Shown piece by piece: positions 63,637 to 64,000 of a stretch of 64,000 nucleotides of DNA. Under the pieces are notes generated by a model, which was not told the origin of the DNA, searched no databases, and saw only the letters and a list, made by a program, of their open reading frames with translations. Each line of letters opens with the position of its first letter. Position 1 is the stretch's first letter. The DNA is from Octopus vulgaris (lineage: Eukaryota). The translations under genes and the position numbers were made by a program. Where the stretch lies: NCBI GenBank assembly GCA_951406725.2, contig OX597825.1:25172001-25236000 (forward strand), read 5' to 3'.

Positions 63637-64000
63637 TAGGCGCAGGAGTGGCTGTGTGGTAAGTAGCTTGCTAACCAACCACATGGTTCCGGGTTCAGTC
63701 CCACTGCGTGGCATCTTGGGCAAGTGTCTTCTGCTATAGCCTCGGGCCGACCAAAGCCTTGTGAGTGGATTTGGTAGACGGAAACTGAAAGAAGCCTGTC
63801 ATATATATATATATGTATGTGTGTGTATATGTTTGTGTGTCTGTGTTTGTCCCCCTAGCATTGGTTGACAACCGATGCTGGTGTGTTTACGTCCCCGTAA
63901 CTTAGCGGTTCGGCAAAAGAGACCGATAGAATAAGTACTGGGCTTACAAAGAATAAGTCCTGGGGTCGATTTGCTTGACTAAAGGCGGCGCTCCAGCATG
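63637..64000 (+). mobile_element. SINE family A (runs off the window end)
   Basis: Matches the family consensus. Confidence 0.92.

Overview
AT-rich, repeat-saturated eukaryotic DNA. The SINE/LINE repertoire and dense (TA)n, (CA)n and (GATA)n microsatellites point to an octopus or related cephalopod; this is an inference. No intact host protein-coding gene could be identified, and most ORFs in the track are microsatellite or SINE artefacts. The window holds about 30 SINE and RTE-tail copies and degenerate RTE LINEs with a PHD-like finger inside the RT. It also holds a decayed Gypsy provirus cut by an antisense LTR, several Tc1/mariner elements (mariner, DD41D, maT-like), piggyBac-type MITEs, non-autonomous Helitrons, and MULE, Merlin and R4/Dong fragments. 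Penelope-like elements (PLEs) are present, including a near-perfect 2.1-kb palindromic copy. The most notable items are: (1) six to seven hammerhead-ribozyme-like motifs of several designs tied to PLE ends; (2) an intron-containing tRNA-Lys(TTT) fused to a retroposon 3' stem-loop tail; (3) a nested inverted-repeat cluster at 52.7-55.9 kb; (4) a roughly 325-bp near-perfect hairpin at 60.6-60.9 kb; (5) tentative micro-exons of a minus-strand host gene at 31.9-34 kb. Repeat boundaries were read by eye and are approximate.
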